A stretch of 32,000 nucleotides of DNA from Escherichia coli (lineage in GTDB: Bacteria > Pseudomonadota > Gammaproteobacteria > Enterobacterales > Enterobacteriaceae). A program made the position numbers and the translations under genes. A model generated the notes under the pieces. The model was not told the origin of the DNA. It ran no database searches and worked only from the letters and a program-made list of their open reading frames with translations. The stretch lies in NCBI RefSeq assembly GCF_047782795.1, contig NZ_CP180632.1; one strand, 5' to 3'. This document shows positions 1 through 26,584 of this stretch, piece after piece; within the stretch, counting starts at the first letter, position 1; every line of letters starts with the position of its first letter.

Positions 1-243
1 ACTGAGTCGGTAAACCCGTTCAACCCGAATGCCCAGGCGATGTACAGTCAACTGGAAGGGCTTGGGATGACGCAACAGCAGGCATCAGGCTGGATTGCCC
101 AGCAGATCACCAATCAGGGGCTGATTATTTCCGCCAATGAGATCTTCTGGATGTCAGCCGGAATATTCCTCGTACTGCTGGGGCTGGTGTGGTTTGCTAA
201 ACCGCCATTTGGCGCAGGTGGCGGCGGAGGCGGTGCGCACTAA
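1..243 (+). CDS. emrB: C-terminal end of multidrug efflux MFS permease EmrB (5' part outside the window)
   Basis: Frame 1 is open from the window edge to TAA at 241-243. Hydrophobic tail ends in GAGGGGGGAH. It lies convergent to luxS, as in the K-12 emrRAB-luxS neighbourhood. Confidence 0.7.
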   Translation, partial: TESVNPFNPNAQAMYSQLEGLGMTQQQASGWIAQQITNQGLIISANEIFWMSAGIFLVLLGLVWFAKPPFGAGGGGGGAH

Positions 244-251
244 GTACAACT

Positions 252-279
252 AAGCCAGTTCATTTGAACTGGCTTTTTT
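252..279. terminator. Bidirectional rho-independent terminator between convergent emrB and luxS
   Basis: Hairpin aagccagtt(252-260)/aactggctt(267-275) followed by a T-run; A-rich on the other side. Confidence 0.7.
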
Positions 280-306
280 CAATTAATTGTGAAGATAGTT
301 TACTGA

Positions 307-822
307 CTAGATGTGCAGTTCCTGCAACTTCTCTTTCGGCAGTGCCAGTTCTTCGTTGCTGTTGATGCGTACGTCACGTTCCAGAATGCTACGCGCAATA
401 TCCTGCGCTTCCTGCAACGAGTGCATCTGGTAAGTGCCACACTGGTAGACGTTCAGTTCCGGGATCTGATTCTGATCCTGCACTTTCAGCACGTCTTCCA
501 TTGCCGCTTTCCAGGCATCAGCAACACGCTGCTCATCTGGCGTACCAATCAGACTCATATAAAAACCGGTGCGGCAGCCCATTGGCGAGATATCGATAAT
601 CTCTACACCCTTACCGTTAAGATGGTTACGCATAAAACCAGCAAACAGGTGCTCCAGGGTATGGATCCCTCTTTCTGGCATCACTTCTTTGTTCGGCACG
701 CAGAAGCGCAGATCGAACACGGTGATTGCGTCGCCATGCGGGGTGTTCATTGTTTTCGCCACCCGAACTGCAGGCGCTTCCATCCGGGTATGATCGACTG
801 TGAAGCTATCTAACAACGGCAT
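307..822 (-). CDS. luxS: S-ribosylhomocysteine lyase (AI-2 synthase)
   Basis: 171-aa [26 protein letters not shown]...[12 protein letters not shown]...MGCRTGFYM, full-length match to LuxS as I know it. SD ggaggtgg lies upstream. Confidence 0.97.
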   Translation of the reverse strand: MPLLDSFTVDHTRMEAPAVRVAKTMNTPHGDAITVFDLRFCVPNKEVMPERGIHTLEHLFAGFMRNHLNGKGVEIIDISPMGCRTGFYMSLIGTPDEQRVADAWKAAMEDVLKVQDQNQIPELNVYQCGTYQMHSLQEAQDIARSILERDVRINSNEELALPKEKLQELHI

Positions 823-890
823 TTAGCCACCTCCGGTAATTTTTTTAAAAATTTTCTGAACTCTTTCTTCCCAGGCGAGTCTGAGTATAT

Positions 891-963
891 GAAAGACGCG
901 CATTTGTTATCATCATCCCTGAATTCAGAGATGAAATTTTGGCCACTCACGAGTGGCCTTTTT
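891..963 (+). ncRNA. micA: MicA (SraD) Hfq-dependent small RNA
   Basis: Sequence GAAAGACGCGCATTTGTTATCATCATCCCTGAATTCAGAGATGAAATTTTGGCCACTCACGAGTGGCCTTTTT matches MicA as remembered. It sits in the luxS-gshA intergenic region and ends in the terminator hairpin ggccactc/gagtggcc plus a T-run. Confidence 0.85.
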
Positions 964-971
964 CTTTTCTG

Positions 972-2555
<1,584 letters not shown>

Positions 2556-2600
2556 TTAATTAGCATAACTGTAATGGTGACCATATGTGCAGGCCTACAA

Positions 2601-3029
2601 TTAGTGCCACCACATCATGCCCTGAACGGTCGCTGCTGCAACTGCAACATAGCGTAACGCTTTACCAAGGCACAAAAAAAAGATTACTGGCCCCCAGGAG
2701 ATGCGCATCCATCCCGCTAACAGACACAGTAAATCGCCAACCACGGGCATCCAGCTTAATAATAGCGTGACTGCACCATAGCGTTTCAGCCAGCCGGTAG
2801 CTTTCTCTTGCCAGCGCGATGTTTTACGCAATGGAAAGAAACGCCCAAGGATAACGTTAGTTAACCCTCCAAGGCTATTACCCATTGTTGCTGTTAAAAC
2901 TAAAACCCAGGGATAACTGATCCCGGAAAGCAACATTGCCACCAGCACGACTTCGGAGTTGCCGGGTAATAGTGTAGCGCTGAGAAAACTACTGGCAAAC
3001 AACGAGAAAAGCGATAACGCTTCACTCAC
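2601..3029 (-). CDS. yqaA: DedA/SNARE-associated family inner membrane protein YqaA
   Basis: 142-aa hydrophobic ORF. K-12 synteny; its start overlaps the yqaB stop by 4 nt. Confidence 0.85.
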   Translation of the reverse strand: MSEALSLFSLFASSFLSATLLPGNSEVVLVAMLLSGISYPWVLVLTATMGNSLGGLTNVILGRFFPLRKTSRWQEKATGWLKRYGAVTLLLSWMPVVGDLLCLLAGWMRISWGPVIFFLCLGKALRYVAVAAATVQGMMWWH

Positions 3030-3592
3030 AGCAAGCGAACATCCACGGCGTCCATGCCTGCTGCACGGGCCGCCTGAATACCGAAATCGGCATCTTCAAA
3101 GACCACACACTGCGTCGGTTGCACGCCCATACGCTGCGCGCACAACAAAAATGTGTCTGGCGCGGGTTTATGGTGTTTGACGTGATCAGCAGCGACGACG
3201 GCGTCAAAATAACGGCGTAATCCCAGGTGCGCCAGCAATGCCTCAGCGATGGCGCTTTCACTCCCCGTTCCTACAGCCATTGGGCGACGACCATGCCAAC
3301 TTTTCACCACTTCAACAAGAGGAAGCGGCTCGACACTATCCAGCAGCATACTTCTTACTGCTTCTGTTTTTTCACGCGCTAACGCATGCGGGTCGAGATC
3401 GGCCTGATTCAGCTCAATAATTGCCTGAGCAATACGCCAGGTGGGCGATCCATTAAGCGCAATCATTGCCTGAACATCGTACTGAAGACCGTAGTGCCCT
3501 AATACTTCGCGCCACGCTTTACGGTGCGTAGGCTCCGTATCCAGGATTGTGCCATCCATATCAAAAATTAAACCTGCATAACGCTCGTACAT
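3026..3592 (-). CDS. yqaB: HAD-superfamily sugar phosphatase YqaB
   Basis: 188-aa ORF with the HAD motif I DMDGT (LIFDMDGTILDTE). K-12 synteny. Confidence 0.9.
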   Translation of the reverse strand: MYERYAGLIFDMDGTILDTEPTHRKAWREVLGHYGLQYDVQAMIALNGSPTWRIAQAIIELNQADLDPHALAREKTEAVRSMLLDSVEPLPLVEVVKSWHGRRPMAVGTGSESAIAEALLAHLGLRRYFDAVVAADHVKHHKPAPDTFLLCAQRMGVQPTQCVVFEDADFGIQAARAAGMDAVDVRLL

Positions 3593-3872
3593 GGTCTTCT
3601 CGCAAGTCGAAAAATATGACGCTACTTTAGCGTAATTGCTTGATTTTGTCGCTGATGGCGAAGGAGAAGAAAATTCAGGAAATGGATAAAGTAGTTATTT
3701 AGAAATGAGATATTTTTGAAGGAAATTTTTGGGAGAAGATGGTGCATCCGGGAGGATTACTCACTGGCGTTCGCCCTTCGGGCCGTTGCTGACGCAACGT
3801 TATCCTCCCTGGTGCCTGCGGTTAATACCGCTATCTCTTCGATACCTTCATTGCTGAAGGTTACGGAGAATA

Positions 3873-3949
3873 TGGTGCATCCGGGAGGATTCGAACCTCC
3901 GACCGCTCGGTTCGTAGCCGAGTACTCTATCCAGCTGAGCTACGGATGC
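3873..3949 (-). tRNA. argQ: tRNA-Arg (anticodon ACG)
   Basis: The 77-nt reverse complement reads GCATCCGTAGCTCAGCTGGATAGAGTACTCGGCTACGAACCGAGCGGTCGGAGGTTCGAATCCTCCCGGATGCACCA, with encoded CCA. Confidence 0.97.
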
Positions 3950-4147
3950 ATCGGGAAAATTTATTTTACTGCTGATATTGATATCGCTACTAAAGCCATA
4001 TCAAGTAAGAGATGGTGCATCCGGGAGGATTACTCGCCTTGCGGCTCGCCCTTCGGGCCGTTGCTAAAGCAACGTTATCATCCCTGGTGCCTGCGGTTAA
4101 TTCCGCTACCTCTTCGATACCTTCATTGCTGAAGATTTCGGAGAATA

Positions 4148-4224
4148 TGGTGCATCCGGGAGGATTCGAACCTCCGACCGCTCGGTTCGTAGCCGAGTAC
4201 TCTATCCAGCTGAGCTACGGATGC
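4148..4224 (-). tRNA. argZ: tRNA-Arg (anticodon ACG)
   Basis: Identical 77-nt copy. Confidence 0.97.
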
Positions 4225-4422
4225 ATCGGGAAAATTTATTTTACTGCTGATATTGATACCGCTACTAAAGCCATATCAAGTAAGAGATGGTGCATCCGGG
4301 AGGATTACTCGCCTTGCGGCTCGCCCTTCGGGCCGTTGCTAAAGCAACGTTATCCTCCCTGGTGCTTGCGGTTAGTACCGCCACCTCTTCGATACCTTCA
4401 TCGCTGAAGATTACGGAGAATA

Positions 4423-4499
4423 TGGTGCATCCGGGAGGATTCGAACCTCCGACCGCTCGGTTCGTAGCCGAGTACTCTATCCAGCTGAGCTACGGATGC
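4423..4499 (-). tRNA. argY: tRNA-Arg (anticodon ACG)
   Basis: Identical 77-nt copy. Confidence 0.97.
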
Positions 4500-4696
4500 A
4501 TCGGGAAACTTACTTTACTGCAGATTTTTTGATACCGCTACTAAAGCCGTATCAAGTAAGAGATGGTGCATCCGGGAGGATTACTCGCCTTGCGGCTCGC
4601 CCTTCGGGCCGTTGCTAAAGCAACGTTATCCTCCCTGGTGCCTGCGGTTATACCGCCACCTCTTCCATACCTTCATCGCTGAATGTACGTAGAATA

Positions 4697-4773
4697 TGGT
4701 GCATCCGGGAGGATTCGAACCTCCGACCGCTCGGTTCGTAGCCGAGTACTCTATCCAGCTGAGCTACGGATGC
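4697..4773 (-). tRNA. argV: tRNA-Arg (anticodon ACG)
   Basis: Identical 77-nt copy, 3 nt from serV. Confidence 0.97.
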
Positions 4774-4776
4774 AAA

Positions 4777-4869
4777 TGGCGGTGAGGCGGGGATTCGAAC
4801 CCCGGATGCAGCTTTTGACCGCATACTCCCTTAGCAGGGGAGCGCCTTCAGCCTCTCGGCCACCTCACC
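4777..4869 (-). tRNA. serV: tRNA-Ser (anticodon GCU), long variable arm
   Basis: The 93-nt reverse complement reads GGTGAGGTGGCCGAGAGGCTGAAGGCGCTCCCCTGCTAAGGGAGTATGCGGTCAAAAGCTGCATCCGGGGTTCGAATCCCCGCCTCACCGCCA. Confidence 0.96.
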
Positions 4870-4931
4870 ACACGCCTCTTACGAGTGCTTCGAAGAACTT
4901 GTTTATCGCTCATCGTCGCTGCGTGGCGCAC

Positions 4932-4959
4932 ATATTACTTTCTGAGACTTATAAGTCAA
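4932..4959 (-). promoter_or_regulatory. Sigma70 promoter of the serV-argVYZQ tRNA operon
   Basis: On the minus strand: TTGACT (4954-4959), 16-nt spacer, TAATAT (4932-4937), then the GC-rich discriminator gtgcgcc. An A/T-rich UP-like tract lies upstream. Confidence 0.55.
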
Positions 4960-5184
4960 ACAATTTTTCCTACACTTTTATCGTTTGCACACTTCACGTT
5001 CAATTAGTCTGTAAAAACGTCAAAAAGAGTGTTTTATCAACAGAAAAATGGAGGTCTGACAGATAGTAGTAATGCAAAAAAATGGAGACTTAAGTTGAAT
5101 GAACGGGAGTAAAGCGAAAAGACTATAGAGTGAAGGAGAAATTTTGAGGGTGCGTCTCACCGATAAAGATGAGACGCGGAAAGA

Positions 5185-5370
5185 TTAGTAACTGGACTGC
5201 TGGGATTTTTCAGCCTGGATACGCTGGTAGATCTCTTCACGGTGAACAGAAACTTCCTTCGGGGCATTTACGCCAATACGTACCTGGTTGCCCTTTACCC
5301 CTAAAACTGTCACGGTGACCTCATCCCCAATCATGAGGGTCTCACCAACTCGACGAGTCAGAATCAGCAT
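5185..5370 (-). CDS. csrA: Carbon storage regulator (RNA-binding global regulator)
   Basis: 61-aa [64 protein letters not shown], identical in my memory to CsrA. Confidence 0.98.
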
Positions 5371-5604
5371 TCTTTGCTCCTTGAAAGATTAAAAGAGTCG
5401 GGTCTCTCTGTATCCCGGCATTATCCATCATATAACGCCAAAAAGTAAGCAATGACAAACACATTACATGTAAGCAGTCATGGCATTACATTCTGTTAAA
5501 CCTAAGTTTAGCCGATATACACAACTTCAACCTGACTTTATCGTTGTCGATAGCGTTAATGCGAATGCCGTGAAGCGAGTCCACGGCATTGCCTGACGCT
5601 TATA

Positions 5605-8235
5605 TTATTGCAATTTCGCGCTGACCCAGCCTTTCACACTGGCTAACGCTGCAGGTAAGGCCGCAGCATCCGTACCACCGGCTTGCGCCATGTCAGGACG
5701 TCCACCACCCTTGCCGCCCACCTGCTGAGCGACCATACCAATCAGTTCCCCTGCTTTCACACGATCTGTGACGTCCTTAGATACGCCTGCAATCAGAGAA
5801 ACCTTACCTTCGGCTACCGTTGCCAGCACGATAATTGTCGACCCCAGCTGATTTTTTAAATCGTCAACCATGGTACGCAACATTTTCGGCTCAACACCGC
5901 TAAGCTCGCTAACCAACAGCTTAACACCATTAACATCAATTGCCTTACTGGAAAGATTTGCGCTCTCCTGTGCGGCAGCTTGTTCTTTAAGCTGTTGTAG
6001 TTCTTTTTCTAACTGACGCGTACGTTCCAGTACTGAGCGCACTTTATCCGCCAGATTATTGCTATCGCCTTTCAGCAGATGCGCGACTTCGCTTAAGCGA
6101 TCGCTGTCTGCATGAACGGTGGTGATAGCGCCTTCTCCGGTTACCGCTTCGATACGACGAACGCCTGCAGCAGTACCCGATTCAGAGATGATGCGGAACA
6201 GACCAATATCACCAGTGCGGCTGGCGTGAGTACCGCCACACAGCTCGGTGGAGAAATCGCCCATGCTCAGCACGCGTACACGCTCATCATACTTCTCGCC
6301 GAACAGCGCCATCGCACCTTTCGCTTTCGCCGCTTCGAGATCCATGATGTTGGTTTCGATCGGCAAATTGCGACGAATCTGTGCGTTCACCAGGTCTTCG
6401 ACCGCACGAATCTCTTCCGGTTTCATCGCTTCGTTGTGTGAGAAGTCGAAGCGCAGCACCTTGTCGTTAACCAGTGAACCTTTCTGCGATACATGAGTCC
6501 CCAGAACCTGGCGCAGCGCAGCGTGCATCAGGTGCGTTGCGGAGTGATTCAGACGAATACGGGCGCGACGAGCCTCATCAACATCAGCCTGCACAGCGTC
6601 GCCCACTTTCAGAGAACCCGCAGCAAGTTTACCGATGTGACCAATCGCCTGGCCGTATTTCTGCGTATCTTCCACCGCGAAGGAGAAGTTAGCGCCTTTC
6701 AGTTCGCCTTTATCACCAACCTGACCGCCGGATTCCGCATAGAATGGTGTTTGATCCAGCACGACCACAGCTTCCTGGCCTGCATTGATGGCATCAACCG
6801 CTTTACCATCAACAAACAGCGCGGTCACTTTGCCGTTCAGTTCCAGATGGTCATAGCCTTTAAATTCAGATGCACTATCAACACGGATCATTGCGTTGTA
6901 ATCGGCACCAAAGCCGCTGGCTTCGCGCGCGCGACGACGCTGCTCTTCCATTGCTGCTTCAAAACCAGCTTCGTCAACTTTGATGTTGCGCTCACGACAA
7001 ACATCAGCCGTCAGGTCAACCGGGAAGCCATAGGTGTCGTACAGACGGAAAGCCGTTTCACCATCCAGCGTATCACCAGAAAGTTTTGCCAGCTCTTCAT
7101 CCAGCAACGCCAGACCGCGCTCCAGAGTACGGGCAAACTGCTCTTCTTCAGTCTTCAGCACCTGCTCAACCTGCGCCTGCTGGCGTTTCAGGTCTTCACC
7201 CGCAGAGCCCATAACGTCGATCAGCGGACCAACCAGTTTGTAGAAGAAGGTTTCTTTCGCGCCGAGCATATTGCCGTGACGCACTGCGCGACGAATGATA
7301 CGACGCAGTACATAACCACGGTTTTCATTGGACGGCATTACGCCATCCGCGATCAGGAACGCACAAGAACGAATGTGGTCAGCGATTACGCGCAGCGATT
7401 TATTGCTCAGATCGGTCGCGCCAGTGACTTTCGCTACCGCCTGGATCAACGTGCGGAACAGGTCGATGTCATAGTTAGAGTTAACGTGTTGCAGCACCGC
7501 AGCAATACGCTCCAGACCCATACCGGTATCTACAGACGGCTTCGGCAGCGGTTCCATCGTGCCATCTGCCTGGCGGTTGAACTGCATGAAGACGATGTTC
7601 CAGATCTCAATGTAGCGGTCGCCGTCTTCTTCCGGACTTCCCGGAGGGCCACCCCAAATGTGGTCGCCGTGATCGTAGAAGATTTCGGTGCACGGGCCGC
7701 ACGGACCAGTGTCACCCATCTGCCAGAAGTTGTCAGATGCGTATGGCGCACCTTTGTTATCGCCGATGCGAATAATACGTTCGCGCGGGATCCCGACTTC
7801 TTTTTCCCAGATTTCGTAGGCTTCGTCGTCGCTTTCATAGACGGTAACCCACAGACGCTCTTTCGGCAGGGCAAACCATTTTTCGCTGGTCAGCAGTTCC
7901 CATGCAAACTGAATGGCATCGTGTTTGAAATAGTCGCCGAAGCTGAAGTTGCCCAGCATTTCGAAGAAGGTATGGTGACGCGCGGTGTAACCGACGTTTT
8001 CCAGGTCGTTGTGTTTACCACCCGCACGCACGCAGCGTTGGGAAGTGGTAGCGCGGGAATAATTACGCTTGTCGAGCCCAAGGAACACATCCTTGAACTG
8101 GTTCATCCCGGCGTTGGTAAACAACAAAGTTGGGTCGTTATGGGGTACCAGGGAGCTGCTGGCAACTACCTGATGTCCCTTACTATGGAAAAAGTCGAGA
8201 AACGCCTGACGGATCTCAGCGGTGCTCTTGCTCAT
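5605..8235 (-). CDS. alaS: Alanine-tRNA ligase
   Basis: 876-aa [27 protein letters not shown]..., full length. K-12 synteny. Confidence 0.98.
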   Translation of the reverse strand: MSKSTAEIRQAFLDFFHSKGHQVVASSSLVPHNDPTLLFTNAGMNQFKDVFLGLDKRNYSRATTSQRCVRAGGKHNDLENVGYTARHHTFFEMLGNFSFGDYFKHDAIQFAWELLTSEKWFALPKERLWVTVYESDDEAYEIWEKEVGIPRERIIRIGDNKGAPYASDNFWQMGDTGPCGPCTEIFYDHGDHIWGGPPGSPEEDGDRYIEIWNIVFMQFNRQADGTMEPLPKPSVDTGMGLERIAAVLQHVNSNYDIDLFRTLIQAVAKVTGATDLSNKSLRVIADHIRSCAFLIADGVMPSNENRGYVLRRIIRRAVRHGNMLGAKETFFYKLVGPLIDVMGSAGEDLKRQQAQVEQVLKTEEEQFARTLERGLALLDEELAKLSGDTLDGETAFRLYDTYGFPVDLTADVCRERNIKVDEAGFEAAMEEQRRRAREASGFGADYNAMIRVDSASEFKGYDHLELNGKVTALFVDGKAVDAINAGQEAVVVLDQTPFYAESGGQVGDKGELKGANFSFAVEDTQKYGQAIGHIGKLAAGSLKVGDAVQADVDEARRARIRLNHSATHLMHAALRQVLGTHVSQKGSLVNDKVLRFDFSHNEAMKPEEIRAVEDLVNAQIRRNLPIETNIMDLEAAKAKGAMALFGEKYDERVRVLSMGDFSTELCGGTHASRTGDIGLFRIISESGTAAGVRRIEAVTGEGAITTVHADSDRLSEVAHLLKGDSNNLADKVRSVLERTRQLEKELQQLKEQAAAQESANLSSKAIDVNGVKLLVSELSGVEPKMLRTMVDDLKNQLGSTIIVLATVAEGKVSLIAGVSKDVTDRVKAGELIGMVAQQVGGKGGGRPDMAQAGGTDAAALPAALASVKGWVSAKLQ

Positions 8236-8362
8236 AATTATCCTGAAATCAAGCTAACGAAATATCGCCACCAGCTCCAGCGTGTCTTAACCGCCGGGCT
8301 GGTAACTGAAAAGTGGGAATAAGATAAGTTTTCTTGACTGGGAAGTAAAATACCGTATGCGT

Positions 8363-8863
8363 TCAGTCGGCAAAATTTCGCCAAATATCCTGGATATCTT
8401 CCATCAGATAGCCACGATAGAGCAGAAAACGCTGGATCTTAACTTTTTCTGAAAAGACAGTTGGCAAAGGTTCACCATATTTTCGCGTCGCCTGATCGCG
8501 CGCCAGTGCGCACCAGTCGATGTCACATTCACGCATCGCTTTTTCTGTCGCTTCGCGGGAAATACCTTTCTGATTCAGTTCCTGGCGAATACGCGCAGGT
8601 CCATAACCTTTGCGGCTACGGCTGGCGATAAAGCGCGCAACAAATCGGCTGTCATCGAGATAGCCATGTTCATGGCACCAGGCAATAACGCGCTCGTAAT
8701 CTTCTGCCGTAGCGTCAATCTCTTCTGGGCCATTTTTGCCCATAATCGGTGCCGCGAGTTTACGTCGCAGTTCTTGCTCACTGTGATCGCGCACCGCCAG
8801 AATGCGTACCGCACGATCCAACAGGCGAGCATATGCCGGGCGACGGGACGTTGATTCTGTCAT
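8363..8863 (-). CDS. recX: RecA regulator RecX
   Basis: 166-aa ORF downstream of recA on the same strand. Confidence 0.93.
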   Translation of the reverse strand: MTESTSRRPAYARLLDRAVRILAVRDHSEQELRRKLAAPIMGKNGPEEIDATAEDYERVIAWCHEHGYLDDSRFVARFIASRSRKGYGPARIRQELNQKGISREATEKAMRECDIDWCALARDQATRKYGEPLPTVFSEKVKIQRFLLYRGYLMEDIQDIWRNFAD

Positions 8864-8881
8864 GGCATATCCTTACAACTT

Positions 8882-8911
8882 AAAAAAGCAAAAGGGCCGC
8901 AGATGCGACCC
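8882..8911 (-). terminator. recA terminator/attenuator hairpin upstream of recX
   Basis: Minus strand reads gggtcgc-atct-gcggccc followed by ttttgctttttt. Confidence 0.6.
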
Positions 8912-9105
8912 AGGTTTTGCTGATAAACAGATTTAATAGTCAATGAGTGTGCAGAATGTTCCCGCAGGCCCAATTCGTTAGAGGATCGAGGTGAGAGTAA
9001 TTTTTCACGCCAGTGCTGGCCTGTTCCCCTCACCCTAACCCTCTCCCCAAAGGAGCGAGGGGACCGTCCGTGCACACATTATCTATTATCATCAATAACG
9101 AACGA

Positions 9106-10246
<1,141 letters not shown>

Positions 10247-10250
<4 letters not shown>

Positions 10251-10744
10251 GTGTTTTGTAGAAATTGTTGCCACAAGGTCTGCAATGCATACGCAGTAGC
10301 CTGACGACGCACCGCATCACGGTCGCCGCTGAAGCATTCCCGCCGGGTAATGCCTTCACCGCGGGCAGTGGCAAAAGCAAACCAGACGGTGCCGACAGGC
10401 TTCTCTTCACTGCCGCCATCCGGCCCGGCGATACCACTAATAGACACGGCATAATCAGCACGAGCCGCTTTCAGTGCGCCTATCGCCATTTCCACCACGA
10501 CGGGTTCACTCACCGCGCCATGCTGCGCCAGCGTCTCTTCGCGTACGCCGATCATCTGCGCTTTGGCTTCGTTACTGTAGGTGACAAATCCGCGTTCAAA
10601 CCAGGCGGAGCTACCGGCAATATCGGTAATCACTTTCGCTACCCAACCACCGGTACAAGACTCGGCAGTTGTTACGGTTGCGCCACGGGCTTTCAGCGCC
10701 TGCCCAACCTGTTCACTTAACTGCATCAGTTCACTGTCAGTCAT
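10247..10744 (-). CDS. pncC: NMN amidohydrolase PncC (YgaD, CinA-type domain)
   Basis: 165 aa from the ATG at 10744; the ORF-track start at 10747 is a GTG one codon upstream. K-12 synteny upstream of recA. Confidence 0.9.
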
Positions 10745-10888
10745 CACAACCTCTGTCAGTCAAAAATTTATGCCGGACAAGATAGCACTTTCGTCAGGAA
10801 GATGGTGTTGGCGTTGCAATTTTACGAGGAGGATTCAGAAAAAAGCTGATTAGCCAGAGGGAAGCTCACGCCCCCCTCTTGTAAATAG

Positions 10889-11974
10889 CTACTGTACTCG
10901 CGCCAGCGCCACGGCTTGTCCTAACTGCCAGACCGCCATTGCGTAATGGGTGCTGTGGTTGTAACGGGTGATGGTGTAGAAGTTCGGCAGACCGTACCAG
11001 TACTGGTAGCCGGTGCCAACATCCAGACGCAGCAGGCTGGCTTGTTGATGGTTGCCCAGCGGCTGCTGTGGCGTTAAACCTGCGGCGGCAAGCTGCGAAA
11101 TGCTGTACTTAGTTTTGAAGCCATTTGGCAAGCCTGGAGCCTGACCGTTTGCCATTACCGCGACCTGATCGCCTTTCACCCAGCCGTGCGCTTTGAAATA
11201 GTTCGCCACGCTACCGATCGCATCAACCGGATCCCACAGGTTGATATGCCCGTCGCCGCTGAAATCTACCGCATATTGTTTGTAAGACGACGGCATAAAC
11301 TGTCCGTAGCCCATCGCCCCGGCAAAGGAACCTTTCAGATTGAGCGGATCGTCCTGCTCGTCGCGCGCCATCAACAGGAAGGTTTCCAGCTCGCCAGAGA
11401 AATACTCCGCGCGGCGTGGGTAGTTAAATGACAGCGTTGCCAGCGCATCGAGGATGCGAGTTTTCCCCATCACGCGCCCCCAGCGGGTTTCAACGCCGAT
11501 AATCCCGACGATAATTTCCGGCGGTACGCCATACACCTGCCACGCGCGATTCAACGCATCTTCATACTGATTCCAGAAAACCACACCGTTCTGCACGTTG
11601 TCCGGCGTAATAAATTTTTTGCGATAACGCAGCCATGCGCCGTTCGGACCTGATGGCGGTTTCACCGATGTGGTTGGTGCCTGGTTATCCATCAGCCGCA
11701 GTACCGAATCCAGACGTTTCGCCTGGGAGAGAATTTCCTGCAACTGCTGACGATCGAAACCGTGTTTGTTCACCATTTTGTCGATGAACTGCTGGGCATT
11801 CGGGTTATTAGCGAAATCGCCGCCCATCTGCATCACATTGTGCTGCGGCTCAAGCAGGAAGCCGCCAGACGGCGTTCCGGTGGTCGTATCAGTCTCAGTA
11901 GGTTTTGGCTTGCTGCTACAGGCGGCAAGCAACACAAAAAGGGGAAGCAATGTTACATAACGACGCTTGAACAT
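10889..11974 (-). CDS. mltB: Membrane-bound lytic murein transglycosylase B (lipoprotein)
   Basis: 361 aa from the ATG at 11974 (MFKRRYVTLLPLFVLLAACSS, lipobox LLAAC). The ORF-track N-terminal extension of 35 aa is unlikely to be translated. Confidence 0.92.
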   Translation of the reverse strand: MFKRRYVTLLPLFVLLAACSSKPKPTETDTTTGTPSGGFLLEPQHNVMQMGGDFANNPNAQQFIDKMVNKHGFDRQQLQEILSQAKRLDSVLRLMDNQAPTTSVKPPSGPNGAWLRYRKKFITPDNVQNGVVFWNQYEDALNRAWQVYGVPPEIIVGIIGVETRWGRVMGKTRILDALATLSFNYPRRAEYFSGELETFLLMARDEQDDPLNLKGSFAGAMGYGQFMPSSYKQYAVDFSGDGHINLWDPVDAIGSVANYFKAHGWVKGDQVAVMANGQAPGLPNGFKTKYSISQLAAAGLTPQQPLGNHQQASLLRLDVGTGYQYWYGLPNFYTITRYNHSTHYAMAVWQLGQAVALARVQ

Positions 11975-12139
11975 GAGGGGTCCATTTAACAGATTCAACC
12001 AGGGGCAAGTATGGTAAAGCATCACGCCCCGCACAAGGAAGCGGTAGTCACTGCCCGATACGGACTTTACATAACTCAACTCATTCCCCTCGCTATCCTT
12101 TTATTCAAACTTTCAAATTAAAATATTTATCTTTCATTT

Positions 12140-12155
12140 TGCGATCAAAATAACA
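12140..12155 (+). promoter_or_regulatory. Candidate CRP site in the srl (gut) operon control region
   Basis: tgcgatcaaaataaca resembles TGTGA-N6-TCACA, about 75 nt upstream of the srlA ATG. The gut operon is known to be cAMP-CRP dependent. Confidence 0.3.
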
Positions 12156-12211
12156 CTTTTAAATCTTTCAATCTGATTAGATTAGGTTGCCGTTTGGTAA
12201 TAAAACAATAA

Positions 12212-13749
<1,538 letters not shown>

Positions 13750-13759
13750 AGGCTGAAAC

Positions 13760-14602
<843 letters not shown>

Positions 14603-14653
14603 CAGAGGAATCAAGAATAAAACAAGTAAGAGAATAATCAAACATAATAAAAT

Positions 14654-14690
14654 AAAAGCCAGTTATAAGGTGACTGGCTTTTATTTTGCT
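14654..14690. terminator. Bidirectional rho-independent terminator between the 79-aa ORF (+) and gIV (-)
   Basis: Stem aaaagccagt (14654-14663) / actggctttt (14673-14682), with T-runs on both strands. Confidence 0.75.
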
Positions 14691-14707
14691 GGTTATATTT
14701 GTGAGAA

Positions 14708-16075
<1,368 letters not shown>

Positions 16076-16084
16076 GATAAACCT

Positions 16085-16728
<644 letters not shown>

Positions 16729-16753
16729 ACTCACGCCTTGCGTCGCTCGTCTC

Positions 16754-16933
<180 letters not shown>

Positions 16934-16971
16934 AACTCATCACGTGCAGACAACATCATCAATAGCCCCTG

Positions 16972-21268
<4,297 letters not shown>

Positions 21269-21304
21269 CTAAAAAGGCGTCCCGAAAGACGCCATAACAT
21301 AATA

Positions 21305-26479
<5,175 letters not shown>

Positions 26480-26523
26480 TCAACAGCGGAGATCCGTTAA
26501 GGATCTCCGTGAGACTAATAGAA

Positions 26524-26554
26524 TGCCTGATGCGCTACGCTCATCAGGCCTACA
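26524..26554. repeat. REP (repetitive extragenic palindrome) element
   Basis: tgcctgatgcgctacgctcatcaggcctaca, the classic REP consensus palindrome, between srlD and gutM. Confidence 0.85.
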
Positions 26555-26584
26555 GGACTTCCGCCACTACATTAAGGAAAAGTT

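Larger units (their letters stand above)
3740..4773 (-). repeat. Tandem array of about 275-bp units (tRNA-Arg gene plus structured spacer), about 3.75 copies
   Basis: tRNA-Arg copies start at 3873, 4148, 4423 and 4697 (periods 275/275/274). Each spacer begins with a 19-nt copy of the tRNA 3' end (tggtgcatccgggaggatt at 3740, 4013, 4288, 4564), followed by the hairpins gcccttcgggc and gttgctaaagcaac. Confidence 0.9.

Noticed and set aside
252-279. The emrB/luxS terminator and the prophage terminator at 14654-14690 share the stem agccagt/actggct
   Set aside because: The shared stem is only 7-8 bp within generic terminator hairpins. The loops and flanks differ, so it is most likely coincidence rather than a recombination substrate.
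313-813. 166-aa ORF antisense to luxS
   Set aside because: It is a shadow of the luxS frame, and luxS is unambiguous.
3740-4773. Regularly spaced identical repeats that could suggest a CRISPR array
   Set aside because: The repeat is a 77-nt tRNA with a 275-bp period and near-identical spacers. No cas genes are present and the repeat and spacer dimensions are not CRISPR-like.
3716-5066. Family of 81-138-aa + strand ORFs sharing [26 protein letters not shown]
   Set aside because: They are translations of the reverse strand of the tRNA-Arg/Ser genes and their repeated spacers, so they are not coding.
6493-8322. 609-aa ORF on the + strand
   Set aside because: It lies entirely antisense to the full-length, unmistakable alaS. 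It is a typical shadow ORF with no SD and a low-complexity, odd composition.
8860-9075. 71-aa ORF in the recA-recX spacer
   Set aside because: It lies within an intergenic repeat-like insert, with no SD and a composition driven by the GC-rich palindrome.
26524-26554. The REP element contains ATCAGGCCTAC, the kind of REP target used by IS621-type IS110 elements
   Set aside because: Nothing is inserted here, and the recombinase in this window is a different family member that inserted at a non-REP site. I note it only as a coincidence.
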